Positions 9,350 through 20,052 are shown, numbered from the stretch's first letter. The stretch: DNA of 64,000 bases from Vicinamibacteria bacterium (GCA_963743245.1 CAVUPP010000002.1:32513-96512); one strand, 5' to 3'. The notes: a model not told the origin generated them from the sequence alone. A program made the numbers and translations.

Positions 9350-10210
9350 CTACTCGAGGAACTTCCTCAGATAGGGGTCTCGCGAACGCCGTAGTTCGCC
9401 CGCGGGTCCCTCGAAGATGATGAGTCCGTCTTTCAGCATGATGAACTCGGCTTCGTCGGACTTCTGCTCATCGGCTGATTCGATGGCAATCCCCTGCGCT
9501 CCTCGCGTCGCCCGGTGCCCGGCCACGTAGAACGCATCCCGCAACTGGTGCGTGACGACGATCGAGCTCACACCTTCGATGTCGCGCAGCTTGACGATCT
9601 CTTCATCGACCGTCGTCGCCGTGATGGGATCGAGCCCGGTGGTCGGCTCGTCGTACAGGAGTACCCGCGGCTTGGCGGCCATGGCACGCGCAATCGCCAC
9701 GCGCCGGCGTTGCCCGCCCGAGAGCTCAGAGGGCATCCGATCGATGAACTCACCGAGCCCGATGAAGCCGAGCACTTCCTGGACGCGCGCCTCCACCTGG
9801 CCGTCCTGCCAGTGCAATTCCTCTGACAGCTTGTAGCCGACGTTCTCACGGACGGTCAGCGAGTCGAACAACGCGCCTTCCTGGAACACCATGCCGAGGT
9901 CGGCGCGCACCCGCATCAGCTCCTTCTCGCTCATCTGGTCCACGCGCTCACCATTGACCCAGATCACGCCCTCGTCCGGCTGCAGGAGGCCGAGAATCAA
10001 CTTCAGGATCGTGGACTTTCCCGCGCCGCTGGCCCCCAGGAAAATCTTCGTGTGCCCTTTAAGGAGCGTGAAGGTCACCTGCTCGAGAATGACCTTCTCG
10101 TCGAACGCGAGCCGCACGCGATCGAAAACCACGACCGGCGCGCCCGCCTGGTCGAGGATGTCCTGGCGCGTCATCATGGTGCCCGGCATGATTTCGGCGG
10201 TCGGTTCCAT
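9350..10210 (-). CDS. mlaF: ABC transporter ATP-binding protein (MlaF-like)
   Basis: Internal start MEPTAEIM (286 aa). Walker A GASGAGKST, signature LSGGQRRRVAIARAM, Walker B LLYDEP. The upstream 250 aa of the tracked 538-aa ORF overlap mlaE in another frame and are R/G/P junk. Confidence 0.85.
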   Translation of the reverse strand: MEPTAEIMPGTMMTRQDILDQAGAPVVVFDRVRLAFDEKVILEQVTFTLLKGHTKIFLGASGAGKSTILKLILGLLQPDEGVIWVNGERVDQMSEKELMRVRADLGMVFQEGALFDSLTVRENVGYKLSEELHWQDGQVEARVQEVLGFIGLGEFIDRMPSELSGGQRRRVAIARAMAAKPRVLLYDEPTTGLDPITATTVDEEIVKLRDIEGVSSIVVTHQLRDAFYVAGHRATRGAQGIAIESADEQKSDEAEFIMLKDGLIIFEGPAGELRRSRDPYLRKFLE

Positions 10211-10212
10211 GA

Positions 10213-10983
10213 TCAGTACAACAGAGTGATGAGAACCCGGGTGATGAAGAAGTCGACGGCGAGCACCGCCACTGACGCCGCCACGACCGCCGTCGTCACG
10301 GCGCGTCCGACGCCTTGGGTACCTCCTCTGGTACGCAGCCCGACGTGGCAACTGATGCTGACGATGGCGAATCCCAGGAAGAACGGCTTCAGAAGACCCA
10401 TCCACGGATCCTGTGGATACAGGCCTTCGAGCACCGAGCTCCAGTAAAGACTGGATGCGACGCGCAGCTGCAGGACGGCGATCAGCCAGCCGCCGAGGAT
10501 GCCCACGAAGTCTGACACGACTGTCAGTACCGGGCTCATGAGTGTTCCCGCGAGCACCCGTGGCACGACCAGCTTCCGGATGGGGTCCGTGCCCAGGGCA
10601 CGCAGCGCGTTGACCTGGTCGGCGACGACCATTGATCCCAGTTCCGCCGCAATACTGGAGCCGACCCGGCTCGTGAGCATCAGGCCGGTCAACACCGGAC
10701 CGAGCTCCTTGATCATCGACGCGCTGACCAGACGACCGACAAAGGGCCTGGCCCCGAACTGATCGAGTGTCATGCCACTCTGGAGCGCAAGCACCGCTCC
10801 AGTGAACATCCCTGTCAGGATCACGACCGTCAGCGATCCCATGCCGATGAGGTCGAACTGCTCGACGATGTCGCGGTAGTAATACGGACGGCTGAAGATG
10901 CCCCGAGCGGTGGCGTTGCACAACCGTACGTATTCCTGTACCTCGAGGAGCGCGTCCTTGAGCCATCTGATGAGAATGTCCAT
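10213..10983 (-). CDS. mlaE: ABC transporter permease (MlaE-like)
   Basis: 256 aa with the MlaE pattern (...GSLTVVILTGMFTGAVLALQ...VNALRALGTDPIRKLVVPRVLA...). Its start shares one base with the uvrB stop (TGATG). Confidence 0.85.
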   Translation of the reverse strand: MDILIRWLKDALLEVQEYVRLCNATARGIFSRPYYYRDIVEQFDLIGMGSLTVVILTGMFTGAVLALQSGMTLDQFGARPFVGRLVSASMIKELGPVLTGLMLTSRVGSSIAAELGSMVVADQVNALRALGTDPIRKLVVPRVLAGTLMSPVLTVVSDFVGILGGWLIAVLQLRVASSLYWSSVLEGLYPQDPWMGLLKPFFLGFAIVSISCHVGLRTRGGTQGVGRAVTTAVVAASVAVLAVDFFITRVLITLLY

Positions 10984-13007
10984 CAGGCTCCCGGCTCCTG
11001 GCGCGCGACGCCCAACCCGAGATCCGCCACCCGTACCTCGCGAATACGATCCCGCAATCGCGCCGCCTGCTCGAAGTCGAGGTTGGCCGCTGCGTCCTTC
11101 ATCTGTCGCTGCAGATCCGCCAGCAGCGCGTCACGCTCCGCAGTCGTGCGATACGGCAGCCTGTCCTCACGGACTGGAACGGTCAGATAGTCCCGTTCGT
11201 ACACGCTTGCCAGCACTTCGTCGATGGCCTTGACGATCGACGTGGGCGTAATCCCGTGCTCGATGTTGTACGCCTCCTGCTTGCGGCGCCGGTACGTGCA
11301 CTGATCGAGGCATCGCTGCATCGATCGCGTCACGGTGTCGGCGTACATGATGACGAGACCGTTCACGTTGCGCGCGGCGCGCCCGGCGGTCTGAATCAAC
11401 GAGCTCTCCGACCGCAGGAAGCCTTCCTTGTCAGCATCGAGAATCGCTACCAGCGAGACCTCGGGAAGGTCGAGCCCTTCGCGCAGCAGGTTGATGCCCA
11501 CGAGCACGTCGAAGGCGCCGCGACGCAGGTCCCGCAGAATCTCCACGCGTTCGAGCGTCTCGATGTCGGAATGCAGGTAACGCACCTTCACGCCGAGCTC
11601 CTGATAGTACTGCGTGAGGTCTTCCGCCATCTTCTTGGTGAGCGTTGTGACGAGCACGCGCTCGTTCTTCCCCGCACGCGCCCGGATCTCACCGAGCAGG
11701 TCGTCCACCTGGCCGCGTACCGGCCGCAGCTCGATCGGCGGATCCATGAGACCGGTCGGCCGTATGTGCTGTTCGACGACCACACCCATCGCCTTCCGCT
11801 TTTCGTAGTCGGCCGGCGTGGCCGACACGTACACGAGCTGCCCCATCCGCTGTTCCCACTCTTCGAAGGTCAACGGACGGTTGTCGAGGGCGGATGGCAG
11901 ACGGAAGCCGTACGCGACGAGAATCTCCTTCCGGGACCGATCCCCGTGGTACATCCCCCGTACCTGCGGGATGGTCTGGTGGCTCTCATCGACGAACACC
12001 ACCGCATCGTCGGGCAGGTAGTCGAGGAGCGTGGGCGGAGGCTCGCCGGCCGCCCGGCCCGTGAGATGACGGGCGTAGTTCTCGATGCCGTGGCAGTATC
12101 CGATCTCGCGGATCATCTCGAGGTCGAACATCGTGCGCTGATGCAGGCGCTGTGCTTCGAGTAGCTTGCCGGCCCGCTCCAGTTCGGTCCGCCGCTCAAT
12201 CAGCTCGGCCTTGATCGACTCGACGGCCTGCTTGGTCTTCTCCCGAGGCGTCACGAAATGCGACTTCGGAAACACGGAGATTCGTTCGTGGCGCTTCTTC
12301 GAGCGGCCGGTCAGAGGGTCGAAGGTGACCAGCTCGTCCACCTCGTCGCCGAACAGGTCGATCCGAAGGGCCTGTTCTTCATACGACGGAAAGACCTCGA
12401 TCGTGTCGCCTCGTACTCTGAACGTGCCTCGCCCGAACTCGATGTCGTTCCGCTCGTATTGAATCTCGACGAGCTTGCGCAGGATTTGTTCGCGGTCGAT
12501 CCGCTGCCCGCGCGCCAACGGCAGCACCATCCCGTAGTAGGCCTCCGGCGATCCGAGGCCGTAGATGCACGAGACACTGGCGACGATGATGACGTCGCGG
12601 CGTTCGAACAGCGATCGCGTCGCGGACAGGCGCATGCGATCGATTTCGTCGTTGATCGTGGCTTCTTTCTCGATGTAGGTGTCGCTGGAGGGGACGTACG
12701 CCTCGGGCTGGTAGTAGTCGTAGTAGCTGACGAAGTACTCGACGGCGTTCTCAGGAAAGAAGCGCTTGAATTCCTGGTACAGCTGCGCGGCCAGCGTCTT
12801 GTTGTGGACCATCACGATGGCCGGCCGGTTCACCTGTGCGATGACCCGCGCCATCGTGAACGTCTTCCCCGACCCGGTCACGCCCTCGAGGACCTGGTGG
12901 GCATCGCCGCGGTCGAGGCCCTCGGCGATCTGCTGGATCGCCTGCGGCTGGTCGCCCCGGGGCTGAAAGTCGGTCGTCAGGGTGAAGTGGTCGGACGCGG
13001 CAGGCAT
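10983..13007 (-). CDS. uvrB: Excinuclease ABC subunit B
   Basis: Walker [13 protein letters not shown], beta-hairpin region [14 protein letters not shown], helicase motifs, and a C-terminal UVR domain ([14 protein letters not shown]). Start taken at MPAASDHF; ATG 13073 is possible. Confidence 0.95.
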   Translation of the reverse strand: MPAASDHFTLTTDFQPRGDQPQAIQQIAEGLDRGDAHQVLEGVTGSGKTFTMARVIAQVNRPAIVMVHNKTLAAQLYQEFKRFFPENAVEYFVSYYDYYQPEAYVPSSDTYIEKEATINDEIDRMRLSATRSLFERRDVIIVASVSCIYGLGSPEAYYGMVLPLARGQRIDREQILRKLVEIQYERNDIEFGRGTFRVRGDTIEVFPSYEEQALRIDLFGDEVDELVTFDPLTGRSKKRHERISVFPKSHFVTPREKTKQAVESIKAELIERRTELERAGKLLEAQRLHQRTMFDLEMIREIGYCHGIENYARHLTGRAAGEPPPTLLDYLPDDAVVFVDESHQTIPQVRGMYHGDRSRKEILVAYGFRLPSALDNRPLTFEEWEQRMGQLVYVSATPADYEKRKAMGVVVEQHIRPTGLMDPPIELRPVRGQVDDLLGEIRARAGKNERVLVTTLTKKMAEDLTQYYQELGVKVRYLHSDIETLERVEILRDLRRGAFDVLVGINLLREGLDLPEVSLVAILDADKEGFLRSESSLIQTAGRAARNVNGLVIMYADTVTRSMQRCLDQCTYRRRKQEAYNIEHGITPTSIVKAIDEVLASVYERDYLTVPVREDRLPYRTTAERDALLADLQRQMKDAAANLDFEQAARLRDRIREVRVADLGLGVARQEPGA

Positions 13008-13117
13008 TGGAACGCGATCCGCCAGGCCGGCGACGACACGGTCGGGCCCTCGGGGCGGCATGCGAACGACCATGGTACCACAGGGGTCCCCTGGTCCTGC
13101 GGTGCGCGGCGGATGGC

Positions 13118-14065
13118 TCAGGGTTGTGCGGCGCCCTCTGCCTGCCGGAGCGGAGCGTAGTAGCCCTGGCGCGACCGTACCCGCAATTCCTGCAGCTGCG
13201 GCGAACCCGCGAGCCGCACCTGCAGCTGGCGCCACCGGCCGTCGTTCCGCGAGTCAGTGGGACTGAACCCGAGGCTGTACTGGGCGCGAATCTGCGCGGC
13301 GACCGCGTCGTAGATGTCGTTCAATGCGTGTGTCGAGGTCGGGAAGAACGCCTGGCCGCCCGTGATCGCGGCGATCTGCTGCAGCTGCATCTTCTGCTCG
13401 CTCTTGATCGACGACGGTTGGTGCTCGAGGAAGCCGACGACATAGACCGTCACGTCGGCGGTACGCAGCATCTCGATGGTTTCAGAGAAACTCACGGCGC
13501 TGCGGGTATCGCCGCCGTCGGTGTAGAGCACCAGCACTTTGCGGCCGTCGAGCTCGTCGGCGCCGTCAAGGTAGATGCCCACTGCGTCGTAGAGCGCCGT
13601 CAAGCCATCAGGCTTCCGCTGCCGGATGCGTTCGACCAGCCGCGGGAAATCGTTCTGACCGTACCGGGCGACGCGGACTTCGGTATCGAAGTTGACGAGA
13701 GTGATGTCCTCGGCCTCGTGAAGCCCCTTCAGGAACTTCACGGCGGCCGTGCGCGCAAACTCGATGTCGTCCGACATGCTGCCGCTCGTGTCGAACAACA
13801 GGCCAAGACGAAGGTTCTGCGCGTCGGTTCCGGCATCGCCGCGGGCGAAGTAGCTCAGTGTCTGCTTCTGGCCATTTTCGAAGACTTCGAAGTTGTCCTT
13901 CGTGAGGTTCGTCACGAAGTTGCCGCGCTTGTCGAACACCATGACGCCGACGTTCACGAGATCGACGCCGCTTCGAAACGGTGGCGCCTGCGCGACCAAC
14001 GCCGCCGTCAGACACATGGCTCCTGCCACGCCGCCGATGATCGTGCGCCCGACAATCGGTTTCAC
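13118..14065 (-). CDS. Secreted von Willebrand factor A (VWA) domain protein
   Basis: GTG start at 14065 preceded by GGGAGG. Signal peptide [32 protein letters not shown] motif LLFDTSGSM, and later YTDGGDT. Resembles the VWFA-related proteins common in Acidobacteria (from memory). Confidence 0.75.
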   Translation of the reverse strand: MKPIVGRTIIGGVAGAMCLTAALVAQAPPFRSGVDLVNVGVMVFDKRGNFVTNLTKDNFEVFENGQKQTLSYFARGDAGTDAQNLRLGLLFDTSGSMSDDIEFARTAAVKFLKGLHEAEDITLVNFDTEVRVARYGQNDFPRLVERIRQRKPDGLTALYDAVGIYLDGADELDGRKVLVLYTDGGDTRSAVSFSETIEMLRTADVTVYVVGFLEHQPSSIKSEQKMQLQQIAAITGGQAFFPTSTHALNDIYDAVAAQIRAQYSLGFSPTDSRNDGRWRQLQVRLAGSPQLQELRVRSRQGYYAPLRQAEGAAQP

Positions 14066-14248
14066 GCCCCCCTCCCGCCTGCCCGGATGTGTGCCGGAAG
14101 AATACCGGATTTTTACCCTCCTGTGCACCGATATCCGAGGGTTCGAAACGAGGGCGTTTCGGGGCCATGGTGAGGACGACCTGACGACCCCTCTCCGCCG
14201 GCGGCAACTGGTCGGACCGCCTCGACAAAACAGCGCGAGTATCGGTCT

Positions 14249-17018
14249 CTAAAACACGCGGAAGCCCGACACCTTCACGACCTGAGCGCCCTCCTCGCCA
14301 TTCGTGTTCCGCGCCCTGAATCCGTAGCCCCACTCCACGGCGACGAGAAAGCGGCCCGGCAGTGGAATCTCAGCGGCCGTCCCGAGACCCGGATACGAAC
14401 GAAGGCCGTCGCCGAATCCGGGATCGTGCACCCAGGCCCAGTCGAAGAATCCGTCGAGTCTCAACCGGGCTGCCGGACTCCAGGTGGCCACGCTGCGCGC
14501 AATGGCACCGTGATCGAACCGGAGGCTCGCACTCGGATACCCGTGCAGCACGTTTTCGAAGCTGTCCACGCTGTATCGGCTGAACCGGTCGAGGTCGTGT
14601 CCGTCCATCCAGTTGCCTTCAAGACGCGCGATGGCGCTTCGTCCGATGACCCACGAGCGCGACGCGGTCACACCATACCGTTGAAAGTCCACGTCGTCTG
14701 GGTTGTACTCTGCCGCATCAAGGCCCCAGGCGTGCCACGTCTGACGGCGCGCGGGATTCCACCAGCCGAGACCGCTCCACGGGCCCTTCGACCAGGCCAG
14801 CGCGACTCGAGCTCCGTGCACCGGCGTGCTGACAGGAATCACGAACTCAGGCGCGGTATCTGAGCCGGGCCGGAAGTCGAACGTAGTCGAAGTCGTAGCC
14901 GAGCCGCAGCTGAATGCGTGGCGAGAGCGGCGCGACCAAATCCACATCTGCATGGAACGGCCGCTGCTCGATGTTCTGGTCGTACTGCTCGACGCCGTCG
15001 TCGAACTTGCGATCGTTGTACGCGACCCCGATGCCAAAGACGCGTCCAGTCAGCTGCCAGCCTGGCCGGAGTACGCGAGGTACGGTCCAGGCCAGTTGCC
15101 CGTACGTGCCGCCAAAGAACCCGCTGAACTGAATACCCCGCCCGAAGAGATTGAAGTCCAGGTAGCTCAGGCCTGCGTACGGCAACGGCACGGTGATGTT
15201 GGGGTCGTCGATGATGCCGAAGGCAAGCGTCACGACTCGTTGCCCGGCCCGCGGTGCCACGACGCGCGAGGCGCCGCCTGTGCCCCCAGCTGACGAAGTC
15301 TTGGGCGGGACGAGGTAACGAAACCCGTCAGGCGTGTCGCGCAGCATCACGGCAGGCGACTCATGTGCTCGACGAAGCTGTTCGTCGAAGTCCGGTGCGT
15401 TGACCACGCGGGACGTGGTGACGACCTCGCGATGGATGGGCGTCCGCTGGCCCGCCGCTTGATAGATCTGAAAGCTGCTCGTGCGCGCGGGCAGCCACAC
15501 GTCGCGCCCCTCTACTTGCAGGGGTTCGTACTCGTCGCGCTGCTCGGAAGACGTAATCGATCCCGACAGGCCGGTCTGAACCGCCTCCATCCGCGCCAGC
15601 GCAAAGCTCGCCTCGTCGATCCACGCCCGGCCTGCAAACGAAGGTTCTTCACTCGCGACAGGTTCGAACGCGAGGACGTAGCACATCCGCTGACCGATTG
15701 CCTCGCGTCCCGCGAGCCGGTACCGATACGCGGCCGACAGGGTGATCGCGAGCGGGGGCACGCTCACGCGCTCGGGTTCGATGATGGGGAGCCGTGGCAC
15801 ACGGCTGCTGACACTCATGTCCACCCCATTGACCGCGATGTGCTCGTGTGCCAGTTCGGTGAGTGGTCCCCGCGTGAAGATCGTCGTGTCGGCCGTAATC
15901 GTCACAGGTCCCGCGAAGCCGGGCACTTCAAATGTCAGCGTTGTCCGGCCGGCTGCCACGCTGCTCTGGACCAGCGATGACTGCCGAGCGCGTTGCGCCT
16001 GATGACGAGCGAGGATTTCTTCTACCGTGAGCGTGCGACGAGCCGAGACCTCGACACCCGAGCGATACACAGGTTCGTCCGTGCCTCGCCAGCCGGATAT
16101 TCGAAGCACGATCCGTCCACCCGTTTCGTCGAGCCGAACGATGGCGCCGGTGGTCATCGGCGTCACCGCCAACGGACGTGCAGGAGCGGGTGTGCCCGTA
16201 TCGACCGCAGCCACTCGTATCGCCGTTGGCCGTACGCGAAGGTCGCCACCGGCCTGCGTCGTCACCACGGCAATCGCGTCGAGCGTGTCTGGATGCAGCC
16301 AGACCTGCGAGCGGCACCCGTCACAGTCGATCGCGACTTCGTCCAGAGCCGCGAGTCCCTGAGGCAGCCACTCGCGCAGTGCGCTCAGCAGGAGGACGGT
16401 CGGGACAATGTCGTCCGCCCGGACGATTCGCGTGTCCACATGTGCAGGCTGTGGAGCGAGGACGTCGGTGTCCGTTGTCTCGAGCGCACAGGTCAGTCCA
16501 GGAAACCGAATGCGCACCTCGTCGGGCGTAAAGCTGCTCGGGACAGGAATCCAGACCGCGTCGATGTATGGCGCGATCGCGCGCGCCGCCTCCGCCGTCG
16601 CGACAGCTCCCGAAAGTACGACGCCGATCGCGCGATCGGGGGCCGCCGCGCGCAGTGCGGTGGCCGACGATCGAATCTGATACACGGCAACGTCCGCGGC
16701 GAGTCCGTCAGCCGGGCGCAGCCAGACTCCCGCAAGACCCGGTGTGCGATCTGCCTCGGCCGGAGCGCGGTCCGGACTGTCCGTCACCAGCCACACGCGA
16801 GCGCCCGCGCGCACGAGCGCCTCGCTGACCTGGGACGGCGTCTCCGAGGGAATGACAAGCGAGAGTCCGCTCACCGGTGCCGCGGCCGCAACAATCGCAT
16901 CCGCGTTGCCGCGATCGAGCTCGAGCGTGATGCACGCCGTGCACGGCGGATCGGTTGCCGCCGACGATGGCCAGGCGGCGAGGAACAGGCACACGAACGC
17001 GACGACGAGCCGTGTCAA
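14249..17018 (-). pseudogene. Large outer-membrane protein: unknown N-terminal domain, LolA-like middle region and Omp85-type beta-barrel; one +1 frame change as sequenced
   Basis: Frame of ORF 14847..18653 from TTG 17018 (MTRLVVAFVCLFLAAWPSSAAT, signal peptide) runs to ...RIQLRLGYDFDYV. It continues in the frame of ORF 14249..15037 as DFRPGSDTAPEFVIP...GAQVVKVSGFRVF, with a terminal Phe as in beta-barrel OMPs. Deleting one a of aa at 14880/14881 joins them into about 923 aa. The start could instead be GTG 17030 or ATG 17022. Confidence 0.65.
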
Positions 17019-17064
17019 GCATTCGCCCACGGCGGCGCGGACCCGGCCTTCTGGCCGCCGGGCG

Positions 17065-17070
17065 TATAAT
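17065..17070 (+). promoter_or_regulatory. Candidate -10 box (TATAAT) upstream of the DHH phosphoesterase gene
   Basis: A perfect TATAAT in an otherwise GC-rich divergent intergenic region, about 60 nt upstream of ATG 17130. No convincing -35 at 17-nt spacing. Confidence 0.25.
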
Positions 17071-17129
17071 GCCCTGCTACTGCCGATGGATTCGTCGTCA
17101 GCCCTCGCTCCGACCTCACTGGCCGTGCG

Positions 17130-18548
17130 ATGAGGTGTCTCGCCGTCTGCCAGGACGAACTGGTCATCAGGATGCTCGACGAAGTCCTGCTGTCCAGTTT
17201 CGAAATCGAGTTTCTCGTCGAAAACAAGGCGCTTGCCCGGCGGCTGAACGATGCAGGTGTGCACATCAGCGCTGGCGATCCGCGCAAGACCGACACCTTC
17301 GTCAAAGCCGACATCACGCCGGAAACCTGCATCATTCTCGAAGACAACGGCCGCCGGAGCCTCCGGCGAACGCTTGACGCGATTCACGATGCGGGCGGCG
17401 CGCTCATCTACGTGCTGGGCATCGGGATCGGGCACGACGCCAAACGGGAAGCGGAAATCAAGGCAGCATTCCCGGACGTGTCGTACCTGGCGATGGCGGA
17501 ACTGTTCGGCGGTCCGCTTCGGACCGAGTTCAGCCGTTCGCTCACCAAAGCTCGAGTGCAGCAGTACCAGCGGTACTTCGCCGACGCAGACAAGGTCCTG
17601 ATTCTCCTTCACAACGATCCCGACCCCGATGCGATGGCCAGCGGCCTTGCGCTGCGGAACCTGCTGCGGCGGACGAAGACTACGGCCATCCTCGGGGCGC
17701 TGCAGGGCGTCACACGGCCCGAGAACCTCCGGATGGCGAATCTGCTCGACATTCAGGTCGAAACCGTCGAGGCCGGGGATCTCGAGAGCTTCGAACGCGT
17801 CGCGCTCTGTGACGTCCAGCCGCACTACTTTCCGGGCCTCCTCGAGCGCGTGGATCTGGTCATCGACCATCACCCCGAGACCACGGGATGGAGTGCGATG
17901 TTCAAGGACATCCGCGCCGACTACGGATCCACGTGCACGATCCTCACCGAGCACCTGCGCGCAGTAGACGTGAACATCTCGGAGCGGACCGCGACCGCGA
18001 TGTTGTACGCGATCAAGTCCGACACGCTCTTCTTCAATCGCCAGGCCAATCGCGTCGATCTCGAGGCGTTCTCGTACCTCTACCCGCTCGCGGACGCCGC
18101 GATGATCCGCAAGATGGAGGGTGCGGAAATCACCATGGAGCGGCTCGATTACGTGGTCCGCGCCACGCAGTCGGGACGGCTCGTCGAGCAGGTGTTCTGC
18201 GCGTTCCTCGGCGACACGCCGCGGGAGGACTTCATTCCGTACGTCGCCGATTTCTTCCTGCAGCTGGAAGACGTGAAGTGGACGATCGTGTCGGGAATCG
18301 TAGGCGAGTCGCTCGTAATCTCGGTGCGAAACCTCGGCTATTCGCGAAACGCCGGGGAATTCGTGCGCAAGTACTTCGGTGAGATCGGCAGCGCCGGGGG
18401 CCATCGCGCCATGGCAAAGGCCGTCGTCCCGAGAACGGCATTCCGAGACCGTTTCGGCAGCCTGGAACCGGAAGCGCTCAATCAGCTCGTCCTCGACCTC
18501 GCGCTGCAGTTCCTGCACGAGAACGCGGGTGCGGATCGGCGGCGCTGA
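17130..18548 (+). CDS. DHH-family phosphoesterase (NrnA-like) with an N-terminal extra domain
   Basis: DHH motifs HNDPDPDAMAS and LVIDHHP, plus DHHA1 GGH motif GSAGGHRAMAKA. An N-terminal domain of about 150 aa has no motif I recognise. Confidence 0.75.
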   Translation: MRCLAVCQDELVIRMLDEVLLSSFEIEFLVENKALARRLNDAGVHISAGDPRKTDTFVKADITPETCIILEDNGRRSLRRTLDAIHDAGGALIYVLGIGIGHDAKREAEIKAAFPDVSYLAMAELFGGPLRTEFSRSLTKARVQQYQRYFADADKVLILLHNDPDPDAMASGLALRNLLRRTKTTAILGALQGVTRPENLRMANLLDIQVETVEAGDLESFERVALCDVQPHYFPGLLERVDLVIDHHPETTGWSAMFKDIRADYGSTCTILTEHLRAVDVNISERTATAMLYAIKSDTLFFNRQANRVDLEAFSYLYPLADAAMIRKMEGAEITMERLDYVVRATQSGRLVEQVFCAFLGDTPREDFIPYVADFFLQLEDVKWTIVSGIVGESLVISVRNLGYSRNAGEFVRKYFGEIGSAGGHRAMAKAVVPRTAFRDRFGSLEPEALNQLVLDLALQFLHENAGADRRR

Positions 18549-18552
18549 CCGG

Positions 18553-19998
18553 TCATCCATCCGCTCGTGCCGGCCGGCGTTCCGCTTCCAACGCTTCCCC
18601 GCTCGCGCCGACCACCGGTTCGATGAACTGACGGTAGGCGTCCTCGTAGCCACGATCGATCAACTCGGTCAGACGGACGGAGCGGTCCGACCGCTCATCG
18701 AAGGTTCCGGCCAGATCCAGCGGACCAATCGCGTTGTGGACCGGCCGCACGATGAAGACACGATCGAACCAGGGACGGCAGGCCAGCATGGCGTCACGCA
18801 CGGCTGCGGCCTGCGCCGTTGCCAGGAACTCGCTCAACCGCGCGCGCGGGGCCACACGCCGCGCGCTGAGGCCGTGTGGACCAGCCGTCTCGGGGGCCGA
18901 GGTCACGATGAGCACCTGACGCGCGCCTGCGGTCGCGGCTTCCTCCAGCACCCGCACGAGGGCGCCTGGACGATCGCAAATCCGATGCGTTTCACCGCGC
19001 CAGTAGCTCTCGGGCGGAAATCCGATCCGCTCGGGCTCACAAACGACCGGGAGGGCGAGCGCCCCGGCGACGACATGGAGCGTGTGATCGCGCGACACGC
19101 CAGCCAGGTCGAAGGCTTCGGCCGATCGGCGATCGCCAGCGGCCGGTTTTCGCAGAAAGAAGTTCCGCCTTGCTTCGTTGCCCAGCAGGGCGAACACGAG
19201 ATCGCGCTCGGCATCGAGATCGTGCACCACCAACAGCAGCTCGCGAAAACCAGGCTGACTGAGATTGTCGGTGACGAGCTCCGCGACGCGGCGGCCCAGG
19301 TCCGTGGGATCCGGCTCGCGGATGGCCGTACCGCCTCGCAGCAGGTCCCAGAGACCGCGCCGGAAATAGCTGGCAGTATCCGCGGAGGCGATCGGAGCGC
19401 CAAGCGTCGACCACCAGAAGCCACCACGCTGCCGCTTGCGTACAGGCAATCGTGCCACCGCCCGCATCGCGCCGACGGCGATCAAGCCCACGACGAAGAC
19501 CACGAGCGCGAGCGCAAGGCGAGGGAGCCAGGTCGGCAGCCCATCGGGCCTGAACGCGAACGCGACGAAGTCCACGTATGCGCTCGTCACCCGTGCCGCG
19601 GTCCCGGGGCCAGCGAGGTCGAGAAGACTGGCGGCCTCGTACACCAGGAGGCCGAGAGCGAGCATCAGTGCTGGAACAGTCAGAAGCAGCGCTCCCGCGA
19701 CGACCGACAGTGCCAGCACGCGCAGCATCGCACGCCACGGATAGAGGCGACCGACGCGCCGCGACCGCCACAGGCCATTGGCGCTCCAGAGCCGTGCCCC
19801 ACCGTCGATCGCGGCGAACAGCGCGCCGACGGCGCCGATACCGTGCCCTGCCAGGAGATCCACACGGACTCCGGCTTCCTGCAGCGCGTGGAGCACGCCC
19901 GCATGGTACGCACCGTCCGCGCCGGAGCCTGTGAGAACGACGGCGGTGCGGAGGTCTGGAGAGTAGGCGGTACGTCGTGCAGCGACGGGTTCGCTCAC
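18553..19998 (-). CDS. Patatin-like phospholipase family protein with degenerate catalytic motifs and internal TM helices
   Basis: GTG start. The N-terminus aligns to the patatin fold (VVLTGSGADGAYHAGVLHALQEAGVRVDLLAGHGIGAVGALFAA). The nucleophile elbow reads G-H-G-I-G instead of G-x-S-x-G. Two central hydrophobic helices are present. Confidence 0.6.
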   Translation of the reverse strand: MSEPVAARRTAYSPDLRTAVVLTGSGADGAYHAGVLHALQEAGVRVDLLAGHGIGAVGALFAAIDGGARLWSANGLWRSRRVGRLYPWRAMLRVLALSVVAGALLLTVPALMLALGLLVYEAASLLDLAGPGTAARVTSAYVDFVAFAFRPDGLPTWLPRLALALVVFVVGLIAVGAMRAVARLPVRKRQRGGFWWSTLGAPIASADTASYFRRGLWDLLRGGTAIREPDPTDLGRRVAELVTDNLSQPGFRELLLVVHDLDAERDLVFALLGNEARRNFFLRKPAAGDRRSAEAFDLAGVSRDHTLHVVAGALALPVVCEPERIGFPPESYWRGETHRICDRPGALVRVLEEAATAGARQVLIVTSAPETAGPHGLSARRVAPRARLSEFLATAQAAAVRDAMLACRPWFDRVFIVRPVHNAIGPLDLAGTFDERSDRSVRLTELIDRGYEDAYRQFIEPVVGASGEALEAERRPARADG

Positions 19999-20011
19999 AA
20001 CGATTGGAGGT

Positions 20012-20027
20012 GCGGCCGGTCGGCCGC
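20012..20027 (-). terminator. GC hairpin downstream of greA (terminator candidate)
   Basis: gcggccg-gt-cggccgc is a palindrome about 25 nt after the greA stop. No U-tract. Confidence 0.25.
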
Positions 20028-20052
20028 CGGGTGCAGGAAGAACTTGCCGGAG

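Noticed and set aside
9350-10966. 538-aa version of the MlaF ORF
   Set aside because: The first ~250 codons overlap mlaE in another frame and are R/G/P/H-rich. The conserved ABC ATPase begins at MEPTAEIM (10210), 2 nt after the mlaE stop.
14131-14150. tRNA-like T-loop sequence GGTTCGAAAC
   Set aside because: The flanking sequence cannot form a T-stem, acceptor stem or anticodon arm. It lies in the VWA-gene upstream region. I found no other tRNA-like cloverleaf in the intergenic regions.
17019-18653. Upstream 545 codons of the 1268-aa minus-strand ORF 14847..18653
   Set aside because: This part is the antisense shadow of the DHH phosphoesterase gene (17130-18548), which has clear DHH/DHHA1 motifs. 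It is R/E/D/H-rich with no motif. The real OMP starts at the signal peptide near 17018.
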